Part shown: piece after piece, positions 27,627-35,737 of the stretch
How positions within the stretch are numbered: the stretch's first letter is position 1
How the letters are laid out: each line of letters begins with the position of its first letter
Virus record (IMG/VR): IMGVR_UViG_3300045988_144790
DNA: 45,035 bases
Direction: 5' to 3' (one strand)
Source of the DNA: a virus
Notes under the pieces: generated by a model
Seen by the model: only the letters and a program-made list of their open reading frames with translations
What the model was told of the DNA's origin: nothing
Databases searched by the model: none
Translations under genes and position numbers: made by a program

Positions 27627-28341
27627 CGGGTACACCTCCTTTTGCCATTTCCAGAAATTCTTCCTGTGCGGTCTTTCTGCGCGTGGTCTGGCCGCGTGTT
27701 GGCTGTGCTTTCTGTGCCCGCGTGGATTCTTTCAGCAGGAACGCATCCCGCGTCAAAATGTTATGCTTGGCGCAGTCGTTGAGAATGGCCGCAATGTATT
27801 TCCAGCTAGGCTTGTTGTTTAGTCCGGCTTGCCGGATGGCCTCGCAGATAAGGTCAGGTTCTACCACTTTCAGCTGAGCACGGATTTCATCAAACACAGC
27901 GCGGTTGATTGCGCCGATGTTCTGCTCATAGCAGGACACGCAGCATTTTAGGTTTTCTGTTTCGGGTTCCTCGTGCGCGGTCGTTGTAGTAGTAGTAATA
28001 ATATTTTCTGTTTTCTGTTTTCTGTTTACTATGTGAGGTTTCTCTGGGTTATCTTGGGTTTCGTTGGGTTTCTCTGGGTTTTGTTGGGTTTCGTTGGTTT
28101 TTTTTGGGCGTCCACCTTTTGAGCCGTTAGACTGTTGTTTTTCGTTGTACGCCTTATCCTTGTCGATTGATTCTTTCAAGACCGGCCAAAGAATCCGTTC
28201 GCTCCCGGTGAACTGTGGCTCTGTTCCGTGAAACGCATATTCCTGCGCTCCAAGTATCAGACGCCCTACTTCAACGGCACCGAGTACACCAAAGTATTTT
28301 TCAAACTCCGCCCATAATTTGATGTATGCTAACTCAGCCAT
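27565..28341 (-). CDS. DnaD-domain replisome organiser / replication initiator
   Basis: C-terminal half YEQNIGAINRAVFDEIRAQL...KPSWKYIAAILNDCAKHNILT fits the DnaD domain. The central linker is encoded by DNA iterons. Confidence 0.7.
   Translation of the reverse strand: MAELAYIKLWAEFEKYFGVLGAVEVGRLILGAQEYAFHGTEPQFTGSERILWPVLKESIDKDKAYNEKQQSNGSKGGRPKKTNETQQNPEKPNETQDNPEKPHIVNRKQKTENIITTTTTTAHEEPETENLKCCVSCYEQNIGAINRAVFDEIRAQLKVVEPDLICEAIRQAGLNNKPSWKYIAAILNDCAKHNILTRDAFLLKESTRAQKAQPTRGQTTRRKTAQEEFLEMAKGGVPGGQAADSSTFGSSDNLLAEY
28004..28096. repeat. iteron array inside the initiator gene (candidate ori)
   Basis: TTTTCTG x3 (28004-28024), then six phased 10-bp units GGTT(T/A)(C/T)(T/G)(C/T)TG at 28037-28096. 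Confidence 0.6.
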
Positions 28342-28352
28342 ATTCAGTTGTC

Positions 28353-28988
28353 CTATTCCTTGTGCTGGTGCATATAAATGAGCTGTGATGCAGCCCCCAT
28401 ATTCTGTACCAGCCAGTCGTTTGCCGCCTCGCGGCTTAAGTGGTATTTCATAACGCGCTTTTCGTACAGATACTCTCCGTTTGCCTTTTTTTCCGCAATA
28501 CGGTCTTGTATCTCATCCTGTGTGTAGTTGGATTCTATCAGATACAAGTCATATCCTTTAGCGGTTATGCCGTTCAAATTTCCGGTATCTGTCGCATAGA
28601 TTGCTTTTCCTGCCTGTGTGCAGATGTGCCAGCAACAGTTTTTAACATCGTGCGTGGTTTCCTGCGCTTTTATTTTACATAGCCTATAATCGTACCATTT
28701 ATCTGGCTGTATCACGTCAATCTGCGCATACCTGATACCGCACTCTACAAGAGGAGTGACCAGCCAGGAGCAGCACGCAAAGCGCAGTGTAGGACGTTCT
28801 TTTGACAGCTTGCGCAATGTAGAGCGGTTGAAATGGTCGCTGTGTATATGCGTGAGAAGTACAAGCCGCAGGCGCTTAACATCCGAAGCGGCCAGCCGAG
28901 AAAAAGGAACGCCGCAATCAATCAGTATTGTGTCTTGAAGAATTACGGCGTTTCCCCGGCTGCCGGTGGAAATAACCCGGCATTCCAT
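28353..28988 (-). CDS. metallo-beta-lactamase-fold hydrolase
   Basis: HxHxDH motif (LLTHIHSDH). 211 aa. Confidence 0.7.
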   Translation of the reverse strand: MECRVISTGSRGNAVILQDTILIDCGVPFSRLAASDVKRLRLVLLTHIHSDHFNRSTLRKLSKERPTLRFACCSWLVTPLVECGIRYAQIDVIQPDKWYDYRLCKIKAQETTHDVKNCCWHICTQAGKAIYATDTGNLNGITAKGYDLYLIESNYTQDEIQDRIAEKKANGEYLYEKRVMKYHLSREAANDWLVQNMGAASQLIYMHQHKE

Positions 28989-28989
28989 A

Positions 28990-29889
28990 TTACAAGGCGT
29001 TCAGGTCAATTTTCTGCGGTTCGGACTGTGCGCTGGGCTGTGTCTCTTGCGCAATAGTTTCCGGAAGCGCATCTTGCTGCACAGGCTCTTCATCTGGAAC
29101 GAGGTTGCCGGAATCGTCAGCCGAAATCGTTTTTCCATCAGCATCAAACCCTGTTGAAAGGTCAATGCTCATAATGCCCCACTTGGAAATAAGCTGGCGC
29201 AGCATGGTTTTCTTGGCCATAGCGTCAAAATCCTTGTACCAGAAAGAAGAGTACCTCCACATTTCACTCTGCGGAATCTTTCCGGCGAGGATGTTTTCAT
29301 AGGCCTTGCGGCTGAAAGAAGGGCTGTATCGGTCAGCGTGAGACATTACCTTTTCTTTGCTCCAATACAGTACCTTGCGGAAGTTGTTGAGATACTCAAA
29401 ACAGGCCATATAGCCGATAGTCGGCAGGGACTCCCACTTGTCATCATCTTCCACGAAGGAAAATCGGGGTTCGCCGGTTTCGCGGTCGCGTCCAAGATAC
29501 TCTCCCTGCTTAATCACGGTCACATTGATGTTCTTATATTGGCCACTGCGCATAGCCAGCTGTAAATATCCCTTGTAGCCCAAAACAAACTGGGCATCCG
29601 AACAGCCCTTCTTGCTGTTTTTAAATGGAACAAGGTAATACTGGCCCAGCTGCGGGGATGGGCTGAGGTTGAGGCTTTCGCCCAGAAGTGCGCCGGAAAT
29701 AACCGTGTTGCGGTCGCAGGACTGCAGGGCAGGATTGACAGAAACAGCGCTTACGATACTGGCCGTGAAGCGGCGGGAACGCTCCGGGTCTCCCAGTGCG
29801 TTATAAATAAGACGCTGCATAGACGGCGTGTTCACCGCAACGGAAAACGGCATACTCTGTGCCGTCAGGGACTGGTTAGATTGATTCAT
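28990..29889 (-). CDS. recT: RecT-family single-strand annealing recombinase
   Basis: FVLGYKGYLQLAMRSGQYKNINVTVIKQGE and overall RecT-like layout. 299 aa. Confidence 0.8.
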   Translation of the reverse strand: MNQSNQSLTAQSMPFSVAVNTPSMQRLIYNALGDPERSRRFTASIVSAVSVNPALQSCDRNTVISGALLGESLNLSPSPQLGQYYLVPFKNSKKGCSDAQFVLGYKGYLQLAMRSGQYKNINVTVIKQGEYLGRDRETGEPRFSFVEDDDKWESLPTIGYMACFEYLNNFRKVLYWSKEKVMSHADRYSPSFSRKAYENILAGKIPQSEMWRYSSFWYKDFDAMAKKTMLRQLISKWGIMSIDLSTGFDADGKTISADDSGNLVPDEEPVQQDALPETIAQETQPSAQSEPQKIDLNAL

Positions 29890-30778
29890 AAGTAAGTTCC
29901 TCCTTCTCCATATACTGTTTCAAGGCTTTCAGCTGGTAGATAGTGCCACGCACTAAGAAACGACATTCAAATACTTGTTCGGATTCTGCGCTCACAGGCT
30001 CGCTCAATGCGGTGGGGTCCGGCTCTTCAATGGGGGCCGGTGCGGAAAGCTCCTCGACCGGCGGCTGTACGGTCTCGCGCTGCATTTCAATGGCTTGCTC
30101 AACCTTCTGCTCAGCGGCTTTCTGCTCTGCAATTCGTGCGCGGCGTTCCTCCTCCGCGCGGCGCTGGCGCTCAATCTGTTCATGCCGTGCGCGGACGGTG
30201 CTAAGAGCAAGCGCCATATTCAGCGACTTCTGGTATTCAACCAGAAGCTCGGCAGCATCGGCGTTCTGGGAAAGCTCGGCAGCATCTGCAGCAATCTGCA
30301 AAACGGTGGCCGTCATAGCAGTCTTGACGCCGCTGACGGTAGTGGATAAGCCGACTTTCAGGTTGAGCTGCTCATACTTAAGCCAATCGAGATTGTTGGC
30401 CTTGCAAAGCTCTGCAAAATAGTCTTTGATTTCAGCTGTCTTTTTCTCAACAATGCCGCGTTCCAGCTCCTTAATCTGGCCGTCCAGTGCAGCATCTGCC
30501 TTCTTATACGGCTCCGAGACGTATTCCTTATAGAGCGTCTCGAAATGCTCATAGGGAGCCATAATATCGGCCTTTACGCGTTTTCGCTGTGTTTCCATAG
30601 CGTCAAATTCTTTGCGCAGCTCAGTACGCATTTTCTTGGCGTCGGCGCGGGTCTCCTCCGTGACGGCCATCTGCGCAACCTGATTTGTCCTGGCTTCAAT
30701 TTTTTCCTTGACAAGCTGCAAATGCTCCTCAATGATGGGAAGCTGGCGCAGCGTGATTACCTGCAAGCTCTGTTCCAT
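29876..30778 (-). CDS. DUF1351-like protein (RecT partner position)
   Basis: GGAGG RBS. 300-aa coiled protein directly upstream of recT, as in many Firmicutes siphophages. Confidence 0.55.
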   Translation of the reverse strand: MEQSLQVITLRQLPIIEEHLQLVKEKIEARTNQVAQMAVTEETRADAKKMRTELRKEFDAMETQRKRVKADIMAPYEHFETLYKEYVSEPYKKADAALDGQIKELERGIVEKKTAEIKDYFAELCKANNLDWLKYEQLNLKVGLSTTVSGVKTAMTATVLQIAADAAELSQNADAAELLVEYQKSLNMALALSTVRARHEQIERQRRAEEERRARIAEQKAAEQKVEQAIEMQRETVQPPVEELSAPAPIEEPDPTALSEPVSAESEQVFECRFLVRGTIYQLKALKQYMEKEELTYESI

Positions 30779-31173
30779 TCGTTTACCTCCATATGTTTAG
30801 TTTTGATATATTCCGATTCCGGGATTTCGTGGTCGGGGATTTCCGGGCTCGATTCGTCAGGAGTTACAAGGTGGATGCGGTAGCACTCTGCGGGGGCGGG
30901 AACGTCAGAATAGTGCCGCTGCGGCAGATAGGACACCATCGGGATACCGTCCACAGAAATTTCAATCCGAAGGTCGTCCGTGACCGCGTACCGGGTCAGC
31001 TTGCCGCGCTGGATGAAGATGTAGGATTTATCCTTCAGCAGCTTTACAGCTTCGTTGAAATCGAGCGTGTCGCTGAAAAAAACGCCGTTCTCATTGACAT
31101 AGCCAAACCAGCGCTCTGCCCCTTTCAGCATGGAGCAAGCGTTAAGCAGCTTGCAAACATCAGAAAATTTCAT
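30757..31173 (-). CDS. hypothetical protein
   Basis: ATG shares one base with the upstream TAA (TAATG). 138 aa. Confidence 0.5.
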   Translation of the reverse strand: MKFSDVCKLLNACSMLKGAERWFGYVNENGVFFSDTLDFNEAVKLLKDKSYIFIQRGKLTRYAVTDDLRIEISVDGIPMVSYLPQRHYSDVPAPAECYRIHLVTPDESSPEIPDHEIPESEYIKTKHMEVNEWNRACR

Positions 31174-31355
31174 TATTGTTCCTCCTGCTCTTCCTGCCAT
31201 TCCCATGCGTTGACCTCTACAATGCAGTTGTCGCAGCCGAGAATCTGATTGCCCTGACGGTACAGGGTTTCACATTCCTCGCCGCATACCGGGCAGATGG
31301 GGCAATCGTCATCTGCGGGCGGGTAGGGGTTAAAGCGGGCCACCCATTTATTCAT
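31173..31355 (-). CDS. small zinc-ribbon protein with acidic tail
   Basis: CPICPVCGEEC...CDNC, ending EEQEEQ. The ATG overlaps the upstream gene end. Confidence 0.5.
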   Translation of the reverse strand: MNKWVARFNPYPPADDDCPICPVCGEECETLYRQGNQILGCDNCIVEVNAWEWQEEQEEQ

Positions 31356-32238
31356 CGTCTGACGCCTCCACAAATTCACCGTTTTCAAGGCGATAGAATG
31401 TATCCGATTTGACAGTTTCTCCATCCACGCGGCGGCACTGAACGTCTGTGCGACGCCATTCACCATTTACTTCTTCCCACTCGGCAAGGACAAGCCAGCA
31501 GCCAAGTGCGCCTTTTGCTTTTCCTTCAATTCCAAGAGACGATGCAACACCCTCTTTGCCGGTGTTGGTGGCTGCCGAGCGGTAGCCAGTGTTTGTGGCT
31601 GCCGAGCGGTCGCCGGTGTTGGTGGCTGCCGAGCGGTAGCCAGTGTTTGTGGCTGCCGAGAAGTCGCCGGTGTTGGTGGCTGCCGAGTCGTAGCCGGTGT
31701 TGGTGGCTGCCGAGAAGTCGCCGGTGTTGGTGGCTGCCGAGTCGTAGCCGGTGTTGGTGGCTGCCGAGAAGTCGCCAGTGTTGGTGGCTGCCGAGCGGTC
31801 GCCGGTGTTGGTGGCTGCCGAGCGGTAGCCAATGTTTGTGGCCGCCGAGAAGTTGCCGGTGTTGGTGGCTGCCGAGCCGTAGCCGGTGTTGGTGGCTGCC
31901 GAGAAGTCGCCGTTTTCATCATGTGCGCTCGTGGCGTGTTCTTTAATGTAGTCTATGGACGCTTTTACAATCCCAGCAATACCAATTTCCGCTTTGACGC
32001 AAATTTTTTTACCACAGAGCTGATAATCGTCTGATTTCTCATCGGAAACGTCATCCAGTTTGACTTCTGCAAAACGGCCTTTTGCTGGCGAATAATAACA
32101 AAAAACATCCAGCGGGTACTCGCAGGCATGGAAGCATTTCTCGCAAAGTTGTGCTTCTGGCTCCTCGTAGGTCTTGCCGATTTCATACTGGAAATCTTTG
32201 CATTTCAGGTTTTCGTCAAATCCTTTATACGCTTTCAT
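31348..32238 (-). CDS. repeat protein: conserved N-domain (MKAYKGFDENLKCKDFQYE, DUF7666-like) plus 13 SAATNTG octapeptide repeats
   Basis: The repeats read xxSAATNTG consecutively and are encoded by a 24-bp DNA tandem array. Confidence 0.65.
   Translation of the reverse strand: MKAYKGFDENLKCKDFQYEIGKTYEEPEAQLCEKCFHACEYPLDVFCYYSPAKGRFAEVKLDDVSDEKSDDYQLCGKKICVKAEIGIAGIVKASIDYIKEHATSAHDENGDFSAATNTGYGSAATNTGNFSAATNIGYRSAATNTGDRSAATNTGDFSAATNTGYDSAATNTGDFSAATNTGYDSAATNTGDFSAATNTGYRSAATNTGDRSAATNTGYRSAATNTGKEGVASSLGIEGKAKGALGCWLVLAEWEEVNGEWRRTDVQCRRVDGETVKSDTFYRLENGEFVEASDDE
31561..31911. repeat. 24-bp tandem repeat array (~14.5 units) inside a CDS
   Basis: + strand unit GGTGTTGGTGGCTGCCGAGnnGT(A/C)GCC, repeated head to tail. 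Confidence 0.9.
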
Positions 32239-32471
32239 CTTATTTCCTCCCAGATGCCGCACAGGGCGTTGAGCGCCAGAACGGCGGTAATCGTGCCGGG
32301 GATGTTGAGAGAACCGAGCGCGGCCAGCAGTAGCACAAGGTCTGCGGTGATGGCCAGCTTGACAAGCTGGCGGGTAAGCGGTACAATACAGTCATAGTGT
32401 TTTTCCATGCACTTGTTTCCTGCCGCGTTCGGTGTTGCTGCACCGGCGCGGTATTTTTTTGTCATAATCAT
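32235..32471 (-). CDS. small membrane protein
   Basis: AGGAAG RBS. Hydrophobic LVKLAITADLVLLLAALGSLNIPGTITAVLALNALCGIW. Confidence 0.5.
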   Translation of the reverse strand: MIMTKKYRAGAATPNAAGNKCMEKHYDCIVPLTRQLVKLAITADLVLLLAALGSLNIPGTITAVLALNALCGIWEEIR

Positions 32472-33070
32472 TCGACTTCCTCCCATTCAAAGCGGCCCTT
32501 GCCGCTGTTTCGCCACTGACCCAGCCCGCGCAGGACGCCATAATCAAGGCATTCGCGCACCATATCTTCCAGCTTCGGGTCAAGGCACTGAATTTCAAAT
32601 TCTGCCGTTGACCCTGCCGGGACGCTCTCGCTCTTGGCGATGCTCACGCGCTCGCCCATCGGGGTCTGCGCACGCAGGGGACGTTCACAGAAATCCAGCT
32701 TCATTCCGTGAAGGTCGTAGGGGATTTCACGCGGGAAAACGAAAATCTGGCCGTCAATCGCCTGTTTGTAAGCCTTGATTGCGGCACAGGCCTTGCCGCC
32801 CGGATAGCCAGACTTGCCCGCCTTAGCAAGCATCTTGCAGGAATCTTTGAAAAATCCCTTGACTTGATAGTCGTACAGGAACGGCTTACCATCGGCGGTC
32901 TTGGGGAAAACGGTAATTCTGTCCTCTGCGTTCTGCGCCTTGATGTTGGCAATTTCTTCAGCGGTCAGGTCATCGGTCGGGGCCTTGCTGGAAATATAGG
33001 TTGCCAGCAGTTCCTCGTTGCTGGGTGAAGAACCGAGAACGTCCTCGGTAAGGGTGATTTTGACTTTCAT
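32468..33070 (-). CDS. hypothetical protein with glycine-rich C-terminal loop (RAMP-like, speculative)
   Basis: AGGAG RBS. 200 aa. Opens MKVKITLTEDVLGSSPS and ends YGVLRGLGQWRNSGKGRFEWEEVE. Confidence 0.55.
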   Translation of the reverse strand: MKVKITLTEDVLGSSPSNEELLATYISSKAPTDDLTAEEIANIKAQNAEDRITVFPKTADGKPFLYDYQVKGFFKDSCKMLAKAGKSGYPGGKACAAIKAYKQAIDGQIFVFPREIPYDLHGMKLDFCERPLRAQTPMGERVSIAKSESVPAGSTAEFEIQCLDPKLEDMVRECLDYGVLRGLGQWRNSGKGRFEWEEVE

Positions 33071-33089
33071 CGTTGGATTCTCCTTTTTT

Positions 33090-33443
33090 TAATAATCGGT
33101 TGCTATGCGGTGCGAGGGATTGCGGAGCCATCGCGGATCTAATCAAGGCCTTGCCGTTGCTCTGCTATGCCGCGCAATGCCGTTGCTAAGCCATTCTTTG
33201 CATTGCCTTGGCTCTGCAAGACATTTCTTTTCCGTTGCGATTCAGTTCAATACCAAGCCTTGCCTTTGCACATCTAACTAAGCAGTTCCGTTGCCACGCG
33301 TTGCTTTTCCATGGCATTGCTGCGCCTGGCGAATCCTTGCCATGCCGCTGCATTTCCGTGCAAAACTTGGCCACGCCAACGCAGTGGAACGCAGGGGAAC
33401 ACATTGCCAACGCAGTTTGTAGCGTTTCCTGGCTAAGCCGCTG
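33090..33443 (-). repeat. ORF-free spacer dense in TTGC/GCAA-type short repeats
   Basis: CCGTTGC at 33154, 33180, 33232 and 33288. CTTGCC at 33150, 33259 and 33336. GCAATGC/GCATTGC inverted pair at 33174/33200. Only junk ORFs are present. Confidence 0.6.
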
Positions 33444-33728
33444 CTACACAAGGATTTCGCGCAGCTCGGCAAGAACGCTGTCGATGCGCTCCTCGCGGGT
33501 GAGCGCGTGCGGTTTACCGGGCTTGACGCGCCCGGCGGGGAAGTAGGCGGAAAAGTCATCCAGCGAGATGTCAAGGGCTGCGCAGATGGGGCAGACTTCA
33601 CGCCAGAGCCAGGGAGAGTAACCATTGACGCGCTTGGAAAGTACGTCCGGTGACATTTTGACTTCCTCCGCAAGGGTGTTGATGCGGTAGCCCTTACTTT
33701 TTATTAGGGCAGTGAAGGGAACGTTCAT
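33444..33728 (-). CDS. HTH DNA-binding protein (early regulator)
   Basis: AGGAG RBS. GYRINTLAEEVKMSPDVLSKRVNG helix-turn-helix-like segment. Confidence 0.55.
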   Translation of the reverse strand: MNVPFTALIKSKGYRINTLAEEVKMSPDVLSKRVNGYSPWLWREVCPICAALDISLDDFSAYFPAGRVKPGKPHALTREERIDSVLAELREILV

Positions 33729-33735
33729 GCGGGGG

Positions 33736-33933
33736 TTACTCCTTTCTTAAAAGGTCGTCTACGGTGCAGCCATAGAGCTTTGCGAGAGCGGGTAGTTTGT
33801 TGGCGGTAGGGTTGTTGACACCGGTTTCCCAAAAATAGACCGTTGCATCGGAGACGCCCATTGCGTCCATGACCTGCTTGACCGTCAGGCCTGCTTTCTC
33901 ACGCAGGCGCTTGTACTGCGTGTATTCTTTCAT
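33736..33933 (-). CDS. Cro-like XRE-family HTH regulator
   Basis: 65 aa. KAGLTVKQVMDAMGVSDATVYFWETG. Divergent from the repressor gene. Confidence 0.8.
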   Translation of the reverse strand: MKEYTQYKRLREKAGLTVKQVMDAMGVSDATVYFWETGVNNPTANKLPALAKLYGCTVDDLLRKE

Positions 33934-34161
33934 TGAAACACCTCCTTAAACTAAGTTTTATATCTTGACAACTAAGCAGAAATTAGATATTATTGAATTG
34001 CGAGAACAATAATTTCTAAAGGCCGCATTATTTTGTGGGCTTAGCTTTTGCTTTGCCCGTCAAGCTATGTTTCTATTATAACTAAGTTTGCTAAGAATGT
34101 AAATAGGTTTCTTAGATATAATAGTAATTTAGCATTTTGCACAAACAAGGGGCGTGTTGAA
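33934..34161. promoter_or_regulatory. genetic-switch region with divergent promoters and ACTAAG(T/C) repeats
   Basis: + strand: TTGACA-17-TATTAT (about 33970-33998) and TTGCTA..TATAAT. - strand: TTTACA-17-TATAAT (about 34075-34103). ACTAAGTTT occurs at about 33949 and 34081, and ACTAAGCAG at about 33976. Confidence 0.6.
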
Positions 34162-34500
34162 ATGCGTACAATAGACAAAATAAACTACTACTTAGCCAAA
34201 CAGCAAAAGACCGGCTCTGATTTATGTGCATATTTAGGTGTTAGCAGTGGCGTCTATAGCCAGTGGAACACAGACAGAACCAAGCCACGCAAATCAAAGC
34301 TGCCTGTCATCGCAGAATATTTAGGCGTAAGCATAGAAGACATTCAAGGCGATGACAACCAGCAAAAAGAAAACCCCACCAGCGTTGCCGCTGATGAGGT
34401 GGATGAGCTTGATAAAGAGGCGCTGAACATTATGCACCAGCTGCCGCCGGAGAAGCGGGCGGCGGGTCTGGCGATGCTGCGAGGGCTTTTAAATAATTGA
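34162..34500 (+). CDS. CI-like XRE-family repressor (no S24 peptidase domain)
   Basis: MRTIDKINYYLAKQQKTGSDLCAYLGVSSGVYSQWNTDRTKP HTH. 112 aa. Divergent from cro. Confidence 0.8.
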   Translation: MRTIDKINYYLAKQQKTGSDLCAYLGVSSGVYSQWNTDRTKPRKSKLPVIAEYLGVSIEDIQGDDNQQKENPTSVAADEVDELDKEALNIMHQLPPEKRAAGLAMLRGLLNN

Positions 34501-34567
34501 CATATGCTGCCTTATCTGGCAGTTGATGAAGCATGGCGATAAATTCCCGGTCGCTGATTTCTTGCAT
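34430..34567 (-). CDS. 45-aa ORF convergent with, and overlapping, the repressor 3' end
   Basis: AAGGAG RBS 7 nt before the ATG. MQEISDREFIAMLHQLPDKAAYVNYLKAL resembles the repressor tail IMHQLPPEKRAAGLAMLRGL. Confidence 0.4.
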   Translation of the reverse strand: MQEISDREFIAMLHQLPDKAAYVNYLKALAASPDPPPASPAAAGA

Positions 34568-34814
34568 GGTCGTTCTCCTTTTTATGTAGCTGCTGTTTAC
34601 GGTACAACTATAGCACAACTAACAGTTGTATTCTAGTGGTAAAATGCACAAAAATGGCTGTCAATGCTTTACAATCCGGTTTTTGGTGCGTTTCCGGCGG
34701 CCGTGCTTGGGCGGAAGCTGCGGGCGAACGATTACAGACATTGCTGAAACCTCCCTTATATTGTAGTTGATGTATACAGTATAGGGGTGGGTTGGCACGA
34801 AAAAGCGCGAAGCG

Positions 34815-35726
34815 ATGCGAGGACTTGACGGATTGTACAAAGGCGGCGAAACTGTGGAAAAACTTGTGTTTTGGCTGGAAAACGGACGCGGAAATAAGTA
34901 CCATCTGTACAGGGATTGCTATTACATGGGGGACAACAGACCGGACGCCAGAAGCGGAAGCGTAACACAGGCAAAAGCGGCAGGGCATGAGGAAGCCTGC
35001 AAGGTGTGCGAGGAACGTGCGGAAAAGCAGGAAGAACACGGCGGGGATTTCAGCAGGAACACCGTGTATTGGCGGTACGGAAGTGACGAAACCGTCTGGC
35101 ACTTATACGAAAACTGCCCGAGATTGGCAGGCGCGGCGGAAGATGATACGTTGTGCAGCGGCAGAGTAGAAGCAGCCATAAACACAGGGCGTATCAAGGT
35201 CTGCCCTGTGTGCAAAGAGCGCAATGACAAGCTGTACTGGGATGCTGTGCGGCTAGAGCGAGAATCCACGCCGTCTGTGCCGATTGTGAGGACGGAAACA
35301 AAACCGGCGGGAGAAGCAGAACGCAAGCAGGAAGCGCCTGCCGCGAATAAACCGGGAAAGCCGGCTGTAATCCGGAGGACAAACTGGGCTGCAATCGTTA
35401 TGACGGCAGTTTGCACGGCGCTGTGTGCTTTTTGGATATGCAATTATAATTATAACATTGCGGTTGAAAACGCTGTTGAAAATGCGTATCAAGACGGATA
35501 CGCGGAAGGGAAAGCGTTAGCAGATGATGCGTGGCAGGACGGATATGAAGCGGGTTATGACTACGGTCGAGTTGGGAAGCCAAATAGCTATGTTGTCTAT
35601 GTGACGCCAAATGGAAAACGATACCACAAAAAGGACTGTTCATACCTTAAATCAACGGTTTTTATAATGGACGTGCAGGATGCTATAAAAGCAGGATACA
35701 AAGCTTGCAGCAGATGTAATCCATAA
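34815..35726 (+). CDS. membrane protein with three H-x3-C...C-x2-C zinc-motif modules (moron)
   Basis: KYHLYRDC..CKVC, VWHLYENC..CPVC and RYHKKDC..CSRC, with one TM segment (WAAIVMTAVCTALCAFWIC). Start uncertain. Confidence 0.55.
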   Translation: MRGLDGLYKGGETVEKLVFWLENGRGNKYHLYRDCYYMGDNRPDARSGSVTQAKAAGHEEACKVCEERAEKQEEHGGDFSRNTVYWRYGSDETVWHLYENCPRLAGAAEDDTLCSGRVEAAINTGRIKVCPVCKERNDKLYWDAVRLERESTPSVPIVRTETKPAGEAERKQEAPAANKPGKPAVIRRTNWAAIVMTAVCTALCAFWICNYNYNIAVENAVENAYQDGYAEGKALADDAWQDGYEAGYDYGRVGKPNSYVVYVTPNGKRYHKKDCSYLKSTVFIMDVQDAIKAGYKACSRCNP

Positions 35727-35737
35727 GGAGCGGTTAT

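Noticed and set aside
31561-31911. The 24-bp tandem array, considered as a CRISPR-like or satellite array.
   Set aside because: The units are contiguous with no spacers, stay in frame, and translate into a regular SAATNTG repeat within a long ORF. It is a coding repeat.
33186-33546. ORFs 33186..33410(-) and 33208..33546(+) in the early-operon spacer.
   Set aside because: - There is no RBS.
- The peptide repetitiveness (AMQR..., AWQR...) simply mirrors the DNA repeats.
- The ORFs overlap each other on opposite strands.
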